Translations under genes and position numbers: made by a program
Assembly (NCBI GenBank): GCA_030141605.1
Contig: JAQGDQ010000589.1
Location: forward strand, 1 to 64,000
DNA: 64,000 nt
Direction of reading: 5' to 3'
From: Tubiluchus corallicola
Lineage: Eukaryota > Animalia > Priapulida
Notes under the pieces: generated by a model
What the model was told of the DNA's origin: nothing
What the model saw: the letters and a program-made list of their open reading frames with translations, nothing else
The model's database searches: none
Shown: in pieces, positions 1 through 12,449 of the stretch
How the letters are laid out: every line of letters begins with the position of its first letter
Numbering within the stretch: the stretch's first letter is position 1

Positions 1-318
1 CTGCAACACCAACTTCATATTTAAATATCAAACCCTGGGTTTGTAGTCCAGTAAATACTTTTAGATCAGGCATGAACCTGTTTTTAGCGCTCTTTTTCCA
101 AAAAAGTAAGAAAGAAATCCATAAAAATTTGTGCTGTATTTTGTGCGCCCTTGTCTTGTCTTCACCTTTATCAGTAAACATCACTAAGGGCTGAGCTAAT
201 GTGAACTGAGAATTGTCAATATGCAAATATATGAATTGTAAATTTTTGATTTCTTTAATAAAAGATATTATACTAAATGGTTTTTATGCTAATAAGACTT
301 AAAAATCAATGTGCTTAC

Positions 319-874
319 GATGTGTTCTGCAGTGTCTCCACCCCCAGTTAATCTTCTTATGCCTAATTTGTCCAAGTTCAACCTTCAGTTTATTTAAGCA
401 CAGAAAGGTGTCATCATCAATCCTCAAAAAATATTTGAAATTGTATCTTTCCCAGGTCCAATTCATCATCCAAGCTAATCGTCTGCCAAAATTCATAGCT
501 CCAGGTGTTTCTGCCAGCACAGTGTCATCATGTAATTTAGCTTCGTTAATTAATTGTGCAAAGCTTGCTTCATCAAGCATGTCCCCAAACATGTCCAGAC
601 CGTCAGTAAAAAAGAGGCAAATAACGTCATCAAGAGCATGGCACCATTGCATCCAGGTAGAGCGGATCATATCACGTCTGTTTCTGCGTATTGGAGCACT
701 CATAATACCTATAAATAATAGCAAATTTTTCTTGTTGTTGTTGTTGTTGTAGTTGTTTACATTCTTAAGCACTGCGGTGTTAAAACGATGTCTACCAAAA
801 CCAATTAATGTGAAATTTACCGTGACAACAGTCAGAAAACACACGAGAAGAAACGACAGCACTAAACGAGCCAT
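319..874 (-). CDS. GT31 (Galactosyl_T) beta-1,3-glycosyltransferase-like, first coding exon; gene probably continues left of the window
   Basis: N-terminal TM anchor, poly-Asn stem, LFIGIMSAP..RRDMIRSTW, EAKLHDD and KYFLRIDDDTF (DxD) motifs typical of GT31. The ORF stops about halfway through the domain, just after a GTAAGC donor at 318-313 (minus strand), so the exon ends at 319. Confidence 0.85.
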
Positions 875-3800
875 TGTTTAATAATGTCCACTATACATGA
901 AGATGGGAATTTACATTAAACTTTATTTTATTTTACTTTATTTAACAATGTAAACTAAGCTGACTAACTCGCGTGAGATATTTTATAGTGAAACACACGT
1001 AAGAGCTACGCGGATGAAATGTTTTTGCATTTTCGTGACGTGACATGTTAGCTAGATGTATTCATTGCAAAGCAAAATGTTGCCATGCGTTTACTCTTGC
1101 GGGCTTTCTCGCCAAGTAACTCGCAAGCATGTTCATACTACAGAGCAAAATTTGCTGTGAGTTACAGATACTCAGCAAAACTATTCTCCTACTACATAAT
1201 TTAACATTTTTTACGCAAGAAATTTCTAATTGTTGTAATTAGTTCTAAAAAGATACTATTTGTAATAACTATTATCTTGATCAGTTGGCATATCAGCAGT
1301 AATAATAATGATTACTCTTGCCAGTTTTTCTTGACATTAACTGGCTTGTAATTTATTGCTACCTGACAGAACTCATTTAGTTTGGCAACTAGTACGTAGC
1401 TGAAACAGCCAATATTTCGTCTTATAAATGTGCGCTTGCGAACCAAAATCGTCCGTACTGTAACAATTGACCAAAGTGCATCAAAAATCTGGTTGAATAT
1501 ATTTTTTTGGTAAAATTATAAGCTAAGTACACAGAACTTTAGTATTCCAATGATAAAGAAGCTAGTACTATTTTTTATAAGTGCTAAGAAAATAATGTTT
1601 ATAACACTTTCCTCGCCTCTCTGCCTGAAAATTCGTATTGAAATCTCGTAAAACTCGCATTTTCAGACTGCCTTCCCCAGAAACTTTGGTTGTCTGAGGA
1701 GAGCTTAACTGATGCACTGTTTCTTGTATGCTTGTTAAGATACTTGTCAAGTGGTGCCATTACATAGGAAAATTACCTGAAGTGCAAGGAGACCTAATGC
1801 CTGCGCCAAGCACATAAGTTTGTTCAGTATAAATTTTAATACCTAAGTTTTAATTGCTTAAAAGGTCCACTGACACACTTGCTGTCAAAATTCACTATTG
1901 ACTAGCCCGATACAAAAAATTGCGCGTTTCGCTTTAATTAGCATTGAAACACTTCAAATTTAGCGCCGCGCAGATATCTTGCGAAAAACAAAATGTCGGG
2001 GAAAAAGCGGAAGTGACATTCCGTAAGGAACGACACTGCGCATGTGTGACTCTCGCCGTATTTACATATGGGTAAAATCAAGCGTAACGCTAGTAATGAA
2101 GAGACGTTTTCGCATTTTGGCATTTTAGTGTTAAGCTCAAATCATAGGTTTGTCCACACTTACTTTTGCCCACACTTTCTGAATGCACTATATTTTATAG
2201 ATGAAAAAAATATTAATATCGAAGTACAAAGTGTAAAAGTTTTAGCGTGACATCGCTGGTATTTCGCACCGGGCTGCTTTCTTCTTCATTTCTGAGCACT
2301 TCTGTTTTGTTAATGTCTCACTGCCAAGTTATCTTTAGCCCCATGTCCCGTTCAGACAATGCTTCTGACAAACAGTGATCGTTTTAACATTTTGTAGCAT
2401 ATGAAATTGTAAAAATGACAGCAGATACTTAGGTACGACCGAAGACGAAAGAACTAGACAATAAGGCAGTAATGACAGATGATTTTGTTTCCTGGGCTTT
2501 ACCGACGTTTTGAGCCTGTGTATACTGTGTGATTTAATGCGAGGTTCAAAAGTAAACTTGTGAAAACTTTTGTGGCATTTTTTCGAATGTGCAAATGAGG
2601 TTTCAGAAAAAAAGCTTTAAAAAAGAAAGTAAAAAAGTAAAAAAACTCATAGTCTACAGTTTGACCGACGTGCATATACGTTTTATGCAGTTGAGCACCT
2701 TTATTCTTCGTGTAACTGCCGAAGCTTTAGTTTTCGCCATACCTAACAGGGCAGATGGGCGATTCTGTATGTGGCAAAAGAAAAGGATGTTCTATCATCA
2801 TTGTGGTCGCGTTTCGTATCATTTTACGTTGAAGTAACGTGTAAAAAATCAGGAGATATTTCAAAATGTGAAGAAAGGGAGGTAGTCATTAAAAGCGGGA
2901 GTTTCCATCAAATTGGTGGAGTTGAAGTGTCTTACTACTACCCTAGACTAAATATAGTTTTTATGAAATTTATTTGCAAAAGTTAATTATTATCTTACTA
3001 CTGTGCATCTAGCAAAAATAGTGGCTTGCATATTTATCTAATTCGCGGGAGTACTCGATACACCAATTGTTCATACAGCCTACGCACAGTTTAAATAATG
3101 GTACAGTAACATCATAGTGCCCCGTATAGTGTGTTTGTTACTATAAATTTGCTGTTCCTTACAGGTTTATAAAATAAAAACTGATTCTTATAAGCTTATT
3201 TGCTATAAATAGATGAATACTTTAGTAAGAAACGTTTTTATTAATAGATAAATCATTACTCAACAATATCCGTTCTGTTCAATGTTCACAGGGGGCTTGA
3301 GGGGGCCGCTGGTTGTCACGGTACTGCGGATGTTAATTACCTGACGTGACGTCACACCACTGAGTGCCATGGGGGGGGGGGCGAAAATATTTGTGACAGT
3401 GCCAACGTGGCCTAACTAAAGTTACCATGTCACAGAAAAGCATGCATCAAAACTGTTTTAAAAATTAGGAAATACGTAATTCCGTCTACGCTATAAAGAA
3501 AATAATATAAAAAATGGAGTCATAGGACATTTAATTATTTAAATATTTACAACTTTTATCATTTTGATGTCGCAGAGCGCTGGTGTTTGTCACATAACTG
3601 TCATGTAAAAATTTAGTGTACAAGACAATGCGTATTTAACTGTTCATCCTTGGAGGAGCATCAGCAGTTGTAAATTTGGGCTTTGTGTCTTTAAACTTCG
3701 TTGTTTACTGCAATGATTTTTTAAAACCGAAATATGCTGAATTAGTAATTTGTTGAAATGGCATAGAGGAAATGTTAAGGTCGGGCTACAGAATAAGATG

Positions 3801-5887
3801 CAATGTTGTAGGTGAGGTTGATGTGAATGTTGTTGTATTATTCTCAAAACTAACGGTTTTATTTTGTTTTCAAGTTTTTCATGTTTATCTAATGATAAGG
3901 GACACGTCTAAACTTGAGACACATTTTGTAGCATGGGGCCTAAAATTTCCTAGAGCGATCTCCTTCAAATTTTATTATGTTTATCCTTGTCTTCATGCTT
4001 TATTTTACACCATTAATTTTATTGAAAACAAAGTTTTGTGAAAACTTAGATTACAAAAAAACGGATTTCAATAATTTTTAGTAATAGATATTTGCTTCTC
4101 TTATTAGTTATTAACTTGTAAGTATCAAGTAACTGCTTTTTATATTTCCTTTTTAATTGTTTAAAGAGTCAGAATTAAAGGTTAAATTTAAAGAATTCCA
4201 CACATTTGAGCCTTTGAACTTTGACCTGTAGCAGATCGTGTATCATGATGATGCACATCTGAGGTATATTTATAATAAGAGGTGAAAATTTCAGATAAAA
4301 GTTTGTATTTGAATTTGCAAACAAAGTTAGCCAATACTAAACTGAATATATCACAATGTTTAAGCATATGTAAATTTTGCTATGCAGATGTAGCATGTCC
4401 TCAGAATGGGGAAAAATAAATAAGTTATTAATTTATTATTTTATTTTGAACAGTCATTACGGGTTTACGGGTTTACTTATAAATTTGTTATTCCCCAAGC
4501 CACACACTGTACTGCAAAAGCAGATAATAAGCGAGTCTGCACGTGTGTCTCATCAACGTAATGGCGAACTTTAGGTGTAATTTCGGTAATTTCATTACTT
4601 TTAAGGGTAATGTAACCAGGGTAAGGTATCCAGGAAAGTTTGTTGTCAGTGAGTTTTCCTCAATACTTAATTTGGGAAAACTCACTGACATCAAACTTTC
4701 CTGGAAGCCTTACGCTGTTGTCAATATAATGAGTTCCCATTTTAACTTTAAAATTTTGTACATTAGGTTTGCAATGTTCTGTTGTAATAATAATAATAAT
4801 AATAATAGTAATATACTTTGTTTCACTGTAACTAATAGATAATAAATTGGCCATCATACATGTATAAATTTTTTGTATTTCTATATTGACAATATGTTCA
4901 AGAGTTTTAATGTTTTTATGGGCTATAAATACAGTTGTGGCCAAAATTTAAGCCCACCTGTAATTACGACGTGAATTTTGAGCTTTTTTAGTTACAGAAC
5001 TTGGTTTTGTATTACCACTTGGTCATTCTATCCAGTTAGTAACACTATAAAGCAGAGGTTGTCTTTATTGTAATATAAAAACCACTTGGTCGGCTAAGGG
5101 TTGATCAGTAGTTTTCTGTGCAAAATCTATAAATAAAAGTGTCGCATTCTGAATCGTTGAGTTCAGTGGTTGCTAGAGACAACTTAGTAGAGACTGCCAT
5201 ACAGCACAAGCCCTCCCTCGTCCTCGCAGGACTTGTCGCCCATTTGTTTCAGGTGTGAATGTGAGGGCGTGGAAACCCCATAAGTGTTTATTGCTCTTCA
5301 TGTTTTGTGTTCACCAGATGCCTATGTAGTTTAACTATGAAGTTTCGTTTGGATACAAAATGTTAAGAGTTGATGATATCAAAGTTCACCCTTTTGTAAC
5401 GATTAGTAGGTTAGTCAAGCATTTTAGTTGGCCCAATTTCCCGCTTTTATAAAGCTGGCTTAATGTCTGCCGGCCGTTTGGTCTGCTTTCAGAATGTGGA
5501 GTTCGGAGACCCATCGCCAACCGACAGTTCTGGCTCAAACAGTCCCGAGGTTATTGCAACTACCCTTGCGATACGTGAAGCGTGACTTCACATAGACTCG
5601 TGAGTATTTCGTTCCGAGCAAACTATCATTTTTTAATAGTTTATTAAAAAGCTTTGTGAATCGTAAATAGTGTGACAATCGTAAAGTGGTGAACAATCCA
5701 TTGGTGATATTTTCAACTGCAAAGAACCTGAAGACAGACAGAAATCTTGATGTAAAGAAATAACTCTTTGTATAAAAAATATTATTGCAACTATAGCCAC
5801 TTGTGCGTGCACAGGTTGGACTAGGTAATTAAGCCAGTCAACAACTTTGAATAGGCCAACTATCAGGCCTATTTGAAGCTCAGAAGC

Positions 5888-8800
5888 ATGGCTCAATCAG
5901 ACCAGCTTGCATCTCAAACACAACACAAATCCAAAGAATGCCGAAATATGTAGCTCTACCCAGAGACCAGTGCAACCTACAAAGATTAGTGCCATTGTAT
6001 GTGCTAAATGTGCTGCTACCCACAGTTGTGATGAAAACCTTAGTCAGCAATGCATGAATCCGAAGAAAACAGCTTGCGATATTTGCAGAAAAACTGCATC
6101 GCCTATTTGGCCTACAAAAATTACTGCTGTCATCTGTAACCGCTGCTACACAAAACAGTCCGAAGCCTCTCAACGCTATAATAGCCAGCAAACAAATGAG
6201 CGTGGCGCCACCCTCGGTGGCAGGTATTCTGCTATAAACGACGCTGACGGTGATTCTGACGTAGATAGTTATGATGGTGTTGATACCGATAATAATGACA
6301 ACATACGGGATGATAATGCCAGCAGTACTAGCGAAGCAGGTGACGCTGAACATAGCTCAGTCGCAGAAATGAAAGCATTAGCTGTAAATTTAATCAAGTC
6401 AAAAGATGTTGAAAAACTAAGGATAGTCTTAAATGTCATGAGAGGACATGACAATTCACAACAAACATTAGAAAAACTGGAAACAGTTAACAACTTGGTT
6501 GTAAACCTAGACAAAAAGATCTCACAAATAATATCAGGCCAAACAGGCAAATCATTATATAGCAATGCAGTCAGAAAGAACCTGTCAACGTCATTCTCTG
6601 AAACAGCCAAGACAAGTAACACTTTAAGTATCTCCTCATCCATATATGACCCTGATAAAACTGTCATTGTAGAAAATGTGAGCGAAAAACATCTCGTTAG
6701 TTCCAGTTCCAGCATTCACATTAAGAAGAATTTGTGTGCACATTTTCCGAGAACGAAATTTGATATTGCCTTCAGAACATCCAGAGGAAAAATTCAATAA
6801 CAAGTCCCAGATAAAACAACAGTAAATGATATGATAAAAAACTGGAAGCCGGAATTTTTGGGAGGTGGTAATCGCGTAAGAAAGCCAGTATCCCCGCGTA
6901 GAGGGATCTTACGTGACTGTGATACAGGCTTGAGCGACTCAGAAATACGCGCTGATATTGAAAGATACTATGACAACATCCAGATTGAACGATTCAAAAG
7001 AAAAGATGGGAAAAACTTGCCATTAGTGAAAGTTACGTTCCAGTCAGGAGACGATCTCACAAAAGCAGTTCAGGAAAGCATACCACTCAGTCAAATGATG
7101 TGCTCGGTAGAAGAGTTTGTTCCTAAGAGAAGACCACTCAGATGTTTTAAGTATCAGGGGTACAAACACATTGCAAAATGGTGTACTACAGGCCCCAAAT
7201 GTGAAAAATGCTCAGGAAAGCATGAGTCAAACAAGTGTATTTCAGAACAGTTAAAGTGTGCAAACTGTGGCGAATCGCACGCGGCATGGGACAGAAGTTG
7301 TGCACTTTACGTAAATGAAGCCAAACGACTAATGACAAATTTGCAAGACGTCAAAGTAAAAGACTCGATTACTATTTGTCAAATCAATATAAACAATATG
7401 TCAGATAGATCGAGGTTAGCTTTAGACAATTACGCAAACAGTATGTCTTTTGATGTGGTGGCAGTACAGGAAACGAAAATCACTAAAAATTTACAGCCAA
7501 AATTAACAAATTACAAAGGTTATTTCAAAGAAGGCGTGAGCAATTACTCTGGTGGAGCAGCCTTGTATATAAAAGAAAATATTGCCAGTAACATGTTGTA
7601 CTTATCAGATGCAAGCGATTCAGATTTGGATGTTGTATGGGTTATCTTAAACACGCTACATACTAAAATGTTAATAGGATCTGTATATATAAAACCAAAT
7701 TCACCTGAACAAATGAGAAAATGGTTATTAATGTACAAAAAGCAGCTTCTTTCGGCAGTAAACACGGTATATACAGTATTGCGGCTATAGGCGATCTAAA
7801 CGCCCATAATATTCTCTGGGATAGGATTGACAATGAACATGGCATACAACTTCACAACTTCTTAAATCTGGCCAATGGTGTCCACGTCATTATTACGCCA
7901 AACGAACCCACATTCAGTTCTGCAACAGGTTCTAGTACAATTGATGTTATATTAGCTACCCAAACCTTTTCTGCCCAACTTTGTCAGCAATATGTAGAGA
8001 AAGATACGGAGCTCTTTTCGGGAGCACCCCAAATGGGCCACTTTGTTGTCATAAGTAAAATTAAATGTAAACTATCGGAAAGTGTTAAAGTAGTTCGTTG
8101 TGTGTACGATTTTAAGAATAGTGATTGGTACAGATAGTCAGGTGTTCTGGAATGTAAAGTAAGAGAACAATTTCATGAACTAAATCAACTTATTCAGGCC
8201 AAAGATGTTCAGAGTGCTTGGGTACAGCTCCGAAAGGTCATAGAAAATACAAACGAAGCAGCACTAAATAAGAAAATGATAACAAAATTCAGCAAACCTT
8301 TCTGGTCTAGTCAGTTAACGAAATTAAGTAATAAAGTGAGGCTTTGCAGGAAAAATTACCGGCAGCTGTCCAATTACGAAAACAAGCAATCTTATGTGGA
8401 AGCCAAGTTAGAGTTTAGTGACGCGCTGCATTTCGAAATGAATAAGTGGATTGACAAAAACACCGAAAATTTAAATGTAGCACAAGGCAAGGAGTTCTGG
8501 AAAACATATAAACGCGTTTTTGAAACTAAATCCAGTAACGAAAGAGAAAGCCTAAAAGTGCAGGGTAAAGATTACGTAAGTGATGATGACAAAAGTAAAC
8601 TCATGTACAAAACATTTTTTAGTGGAGAACATATAAATCCCAATTCATTTGATAATGCATGGTTTGAAGAAATCGAAGAAATTGTTGACCAGCAAATTGA
8701 TCAACAAATAATTGTGGAGCATACATGGCTAAATGATAAGTTTAACATGAGGGAACTAAATAATGCGATAAAAAGTGTTAAAACAAATAACAAGAGCATA

Positions 8801-10231
8801 GACATCCACGGGTTTCATCCGCTAATGATAAAAAACATGGGATTTTGGGCTAAAGCCACTTTTCTCAATATAGTCAATATTTGCTTAGACAGCAATATTT
8901 GGCCATGGAATGACTCAAAAGTTACATTTATTAAAAAGAATGGCAAGTCCGATTATAGTGACCCTAATAATTATAGACCTATCAGCATTACCTCCTACTA
9001 TGGAAAACTAGCAGAAAAGCTTCTTGAAAATCGTGTAAGACAATTTTGCAATGCATATGACATTATTGATGATGAGCAAGAAGGCTTCAGGCCCAGACAC
9101 AGTACAGTACGCTACTTGGTCAGGCTTATTTCTAACCTGACTAGAACAAATTTACTAAAAACAAGCTGCATTGCAATTCTTTGCGACTTTCAAAAAGCTT
9201 TCGACAGTGTTTGGATTAATGGGCTATTGTACAAGTTGTATCAATATGGTATTAAAGGAAACATGTTGTGTCTTATTAGTACATTTTTAAAAAATAGCAA
9301 TATTGTTTTATTTATTAATAGTCATACATCTCCAAAGTACAATTGTCAGTTGGGTCAGCCACAAGGTTCCGTTTTGTCACCATTACTGTTTTTGTTGTAT
9401 GTTATTGACATGTTTGAATCAATAGATGATGAAGTATGCTGTGAAAAATTTAAATATGCAGATGATGGTTCTTTGCTAATCACAGCTGACACGAACAATG
9501 AATGTTATATAAAAGCACAAAAATGTTGTGATAAACTGTACACTTGGATGAACATAAACTGTGCCAAAGACAAAACTAAAGCCGTTTTGTACAAGAACTC
9601 AAAAATTTTGAATTGGGAACCAGACCCACCAAACCTCAAATTTGGAAATAATCCTATTGATTATGTAAGAAAAAGCAAAGTGCTGGGTTTCACGGTGGAC
9701 AATCAATTAAATTTTAATTCTCACATGCTACATACCAGGAAAAAGGCGTGGGATACATGGCAACAGCTAAAGCAGTTTTGTTTCCGGCACAAAGGTTTGC
9801 ATATGAAGACAATTTTTGAGACTTTTTAATATCATGGTACTTCAAACGATTTTGTACGCCTCGATAGCTTGGTTGCAAAGAACATCACGGCTTTTAATGA
9901 TATACTATATGATGTGTTAAAAATGGCAACAGGAATAGGTTTTAATCCTCCAAGAATTGAAACTGAATTAATTACAGGACTACCATCAATGGATGTTATT
10001 TATTCTGTTTTATCTGTTAAGTCAGTATTGAAATTACTTACTTTACCTGCGGATGACTTAGTCAGAAAAGAACTAATTAAGGCGAATGAGAATTACATCA
10101 GTGCTGAATATTGGAACCATTTCCTAGCAGAACACCTAAATAAGAGTAGATTATTCTTATTCTCAAAAACTTTGCACGTACTTAGAATAATAAAATTGCA
10201 GGAAGTTATCAAAATTAAATGGATCCATTAA
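5888..10231 (+). mobile_element. Decayed near-full-length LINE (I/Jockey-group-like): Cys-rich N-terminus, gag-like CCHC knuckles, AP endonuclease, reverse transcriptase
   Basis: Knuckles CFKYQGYKHIAKWC, CEKCSGKHESNKC and CANCGESHAAWDRSC; EN motifs QININN, VAVQET, GSVYIKP, GDLNAH, TIDVIL; RT motifs YRPISI, QEGFRP, DFQKAFDSV, PQGSVLSPLLF, YADD. Disrupted by stops at 6798-6800 and 8135-8137 and frameshifts near 5945, 7725 and 9825. Confidence 0.92.
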
Positions 10232-10789
10232 GAGAATGACAACGACAAACCAAAATTAGAAAAACATCTTAAAATGACTTAGCCAAAACTAATAAACTTA
10301 TAGTTATTTAAACATTAAAGACATAGGTGTTGTGTAATGTTCTAGGGAGGTGTAACAATGGGGAGCATTAAGAGATGAAGCAATGCATAAATTAAAACCG
10401 TGGTCAGTGAAACTATATTCCAAGAATTATAAGAACATGAAATAATGCATAGCTATAATATTGACCTTTGCCACTTTGAATTTCTCACAATCCACCAAAA
10501 CTGTCTGGAGTTATTGATGTTTTCATTCTGGGAACCGTCTTGGCTGCCATCTTGGATTTTATTTCAGATAATTTTTCATGTTTGGTACCATCCTGAAATT
10601 TATCAGTAAGCCCTATAGAGCACTTTTGCAACCTGAAATTGACATTCTTATTTTGGTGGCCATCTTAGATTTTGACCAAAATAGAGTGAACTATTGTGCT
10701 TCATTAAAGTTTCATGGCTTTTTATTTTTGCACAATTCATCTCTTAATAGCTGGACATGATGAAGTTAGCACAATTTACCTTGCAAAAC

Positions 10790-11875
10790 TTAGAGTCTGA
10801 AAATGTCTTTGTTGGGATAACCGTCCCAGTAAACTTTGACTGGATTAGTGGGAAACGTAGTAAATGTACTAGACCACTTTTTTACTAAGTGGTATGTGCA
10901 CATTCCTAAACCTTTAAAACTTTTGATAAAATGAATTCCTATATCTCTGTGATTGCACACGAATGTTAAGTTATTTGGTAAATTTGGGTAGAGCGTGTAC
11001 AGTTCATGTTTTCCTGTATAGTGAAGAAAATAAGCTTCGTTCATTTTGCCTTTAGGGTGAAAATGTTTCATCCAGCCATTTATAACCAAATCTTTGTCAC
11101 CAGGCACTAAAGGTAGAAATGTCTTATTTTGTTTGACTGTATGATACCATTGTCTAAACTCTGCCCAAATCCAAGGCATTGGTGCACAACCCCACGTGCT
11201 GAAAAGCCGATAGAGAAAAACACTGTCTGTACAAGTAGGACAAATAACATCCCTATCCACTCCTGGCTTGACAACAAGCCGACCTCGATGTAAACTTATG
11301 CTGGCCAGATCAACCAGATCCTTGTACATGTAAATTGCAGCCTTCAACCATTTATAATAGTGTATAGAGACTTCACAATCATCTTCTAAGATAAGACCAA
11401 ATTCTTTGCCAATTCTGTCTAAATCTGGCGTCCATGTATCATACCATTGTGTATAAGCACCAGCATGCTCACTTCTTACATGGACTGTCTTTCTTCCATG
11501 TGTCCATTTTGCTTGCTGTGCCACCTGCACAGTCTTTTCATCAGCAAAACCATCAACAGGACAGTCAATCCAGACTTCAAGAAAAACTGTATCATTCATG
11601 TAATGAGCAGATTCAAGGGACAAAAGCAATCTTTTGAGCGAATAGTTTCGATTTAAAGCTATAACTGTTATTGTTAAACGAAAGTCAAAATCTTTTAATG
11701 AAAAGGGATTGACTTCTACGTGTGTTGCTAAATTAGTAACTCCTTCGTTGTCATAAAATAAATTCGCAAAATTAACAAAAAAGTAAGCTGATTTCAATAT
11801 CAGTAGAAGTATTATAGCGCAATAGAGATAAAAGAGGCAAAAATGGGACTTCATAACAGTAAGTGAAATACGCAT
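10790..11875 (-). CDS. Type II membrane GT-A-fold glycosyltransferase (GT2-like, uncharacterised family), single-exon ORF, 361 aa
   Basis: N-terminal TM; ITVIALNR..SLKRLLLSL, EVWID, WTHGRK, QWYDTW, LILEDDCEVS..YYKWL (acidic metal/nucleotide-sugar motif), FLYRLFSTWG. Intact ATG-to-stop ORF; clear paralog at 41043-42065. Confidence 0.8.
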   Translation of the reverse strand: MRISLTVMKSHFCLFYLYCAIILLLILKSAYFFVNFANLFYDNEGVTNLATHVEVNPFSLKDFDFRLTITVIALNRNYSLKRLLLSLESAHYMNDTVFLEVWIDCPVDGFADEKTVQVAQQAKWTHGRKTVHVRSEHAGAYTQWYDTWTPDLDRIGKEFGLILEDDCEVSIHYYKWLKAAIYMYKDLVDLASISLHRGRLVVKPGVDRDVICPTCTDSVFLYRLFSTWGCAPMPWIWAEFRQWYHTVKQNKTFLPLVPGDKDLVINGWMKHFHPKGKMNEAYFLHYTGKHELYTLYPNLPNNLTFVCNHRDIGIHFIKSFKGLGMCTYHLVKKWSSTFTTFPTNPVKVYWDGYPNKDIFRL

Positions 11876-12449
11876 ATTTGCCCTTTTAATGCCCTCAGAA
11901 CGTCACCCACTTCAAACTTTCTTCTATCCGTCCTGCCACTCAAAAAAAAATTATTTTCACATAAATCGTCTTATAAAATGATCATCAGCATTAATGAATT
12001 GTTTTCTTAATAAGAAAAAAGTCCCGCCACTGTAGAAAATAAATCACGCACAAACACATCACTGTGAAATTACTTTCAATAAATCTGTCCAGTTTAAGAT
12101 GGTACTTTTGTGTATATTGTTGTTTTATACTTCAATTTCTGGTCGTATATTCAATTTCCAGTTTCTGCGTATTAAATATGTTGTTGTTTTATCCACTTTT
12201 TATCTGCAAATAAACAAATCTACACAAATGCTCAATTTGCAACATTTAGTAGTTAAGTTTGCCACATTTTTGAAAAATACCAACGTAAGCTAGCGAACTT
12301 CGATATGATAGTCAGTTTCGTTAACTTTTTGGCGCAGTTGTTAGTTGCGAAAGATAATTTTTGAAAAAGTGTGCGAACATCACGTATAGATTTGTCATCG
12401 CACAGCCGTATGTGGCATATGGTTTCTCAGTTTTACATACGGTTCTGAA
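11876..12449. promoter_or_regulatory. Putative bidirectional promoter between divergent GT-A and GT77-like genes
   Basis: Only 574 bp separate two outward-facing start codons; regulatory role inferred from geometry. Confidence 0.5.

Noticed and set aside
309-752. Antisense ORFs overlapping real genes or LINEs (309-752, 5880-6353, 6269-6715, 35587-35826 and similar)
   Set aside because: Shadows of the coding strand with no recognisable motifs.
4930-5060. Tc1/mariner-like terminus TA-CAGTTGTGGCCAAAA
   Set aside because: No matching opposite terminus or transposase found in the window.
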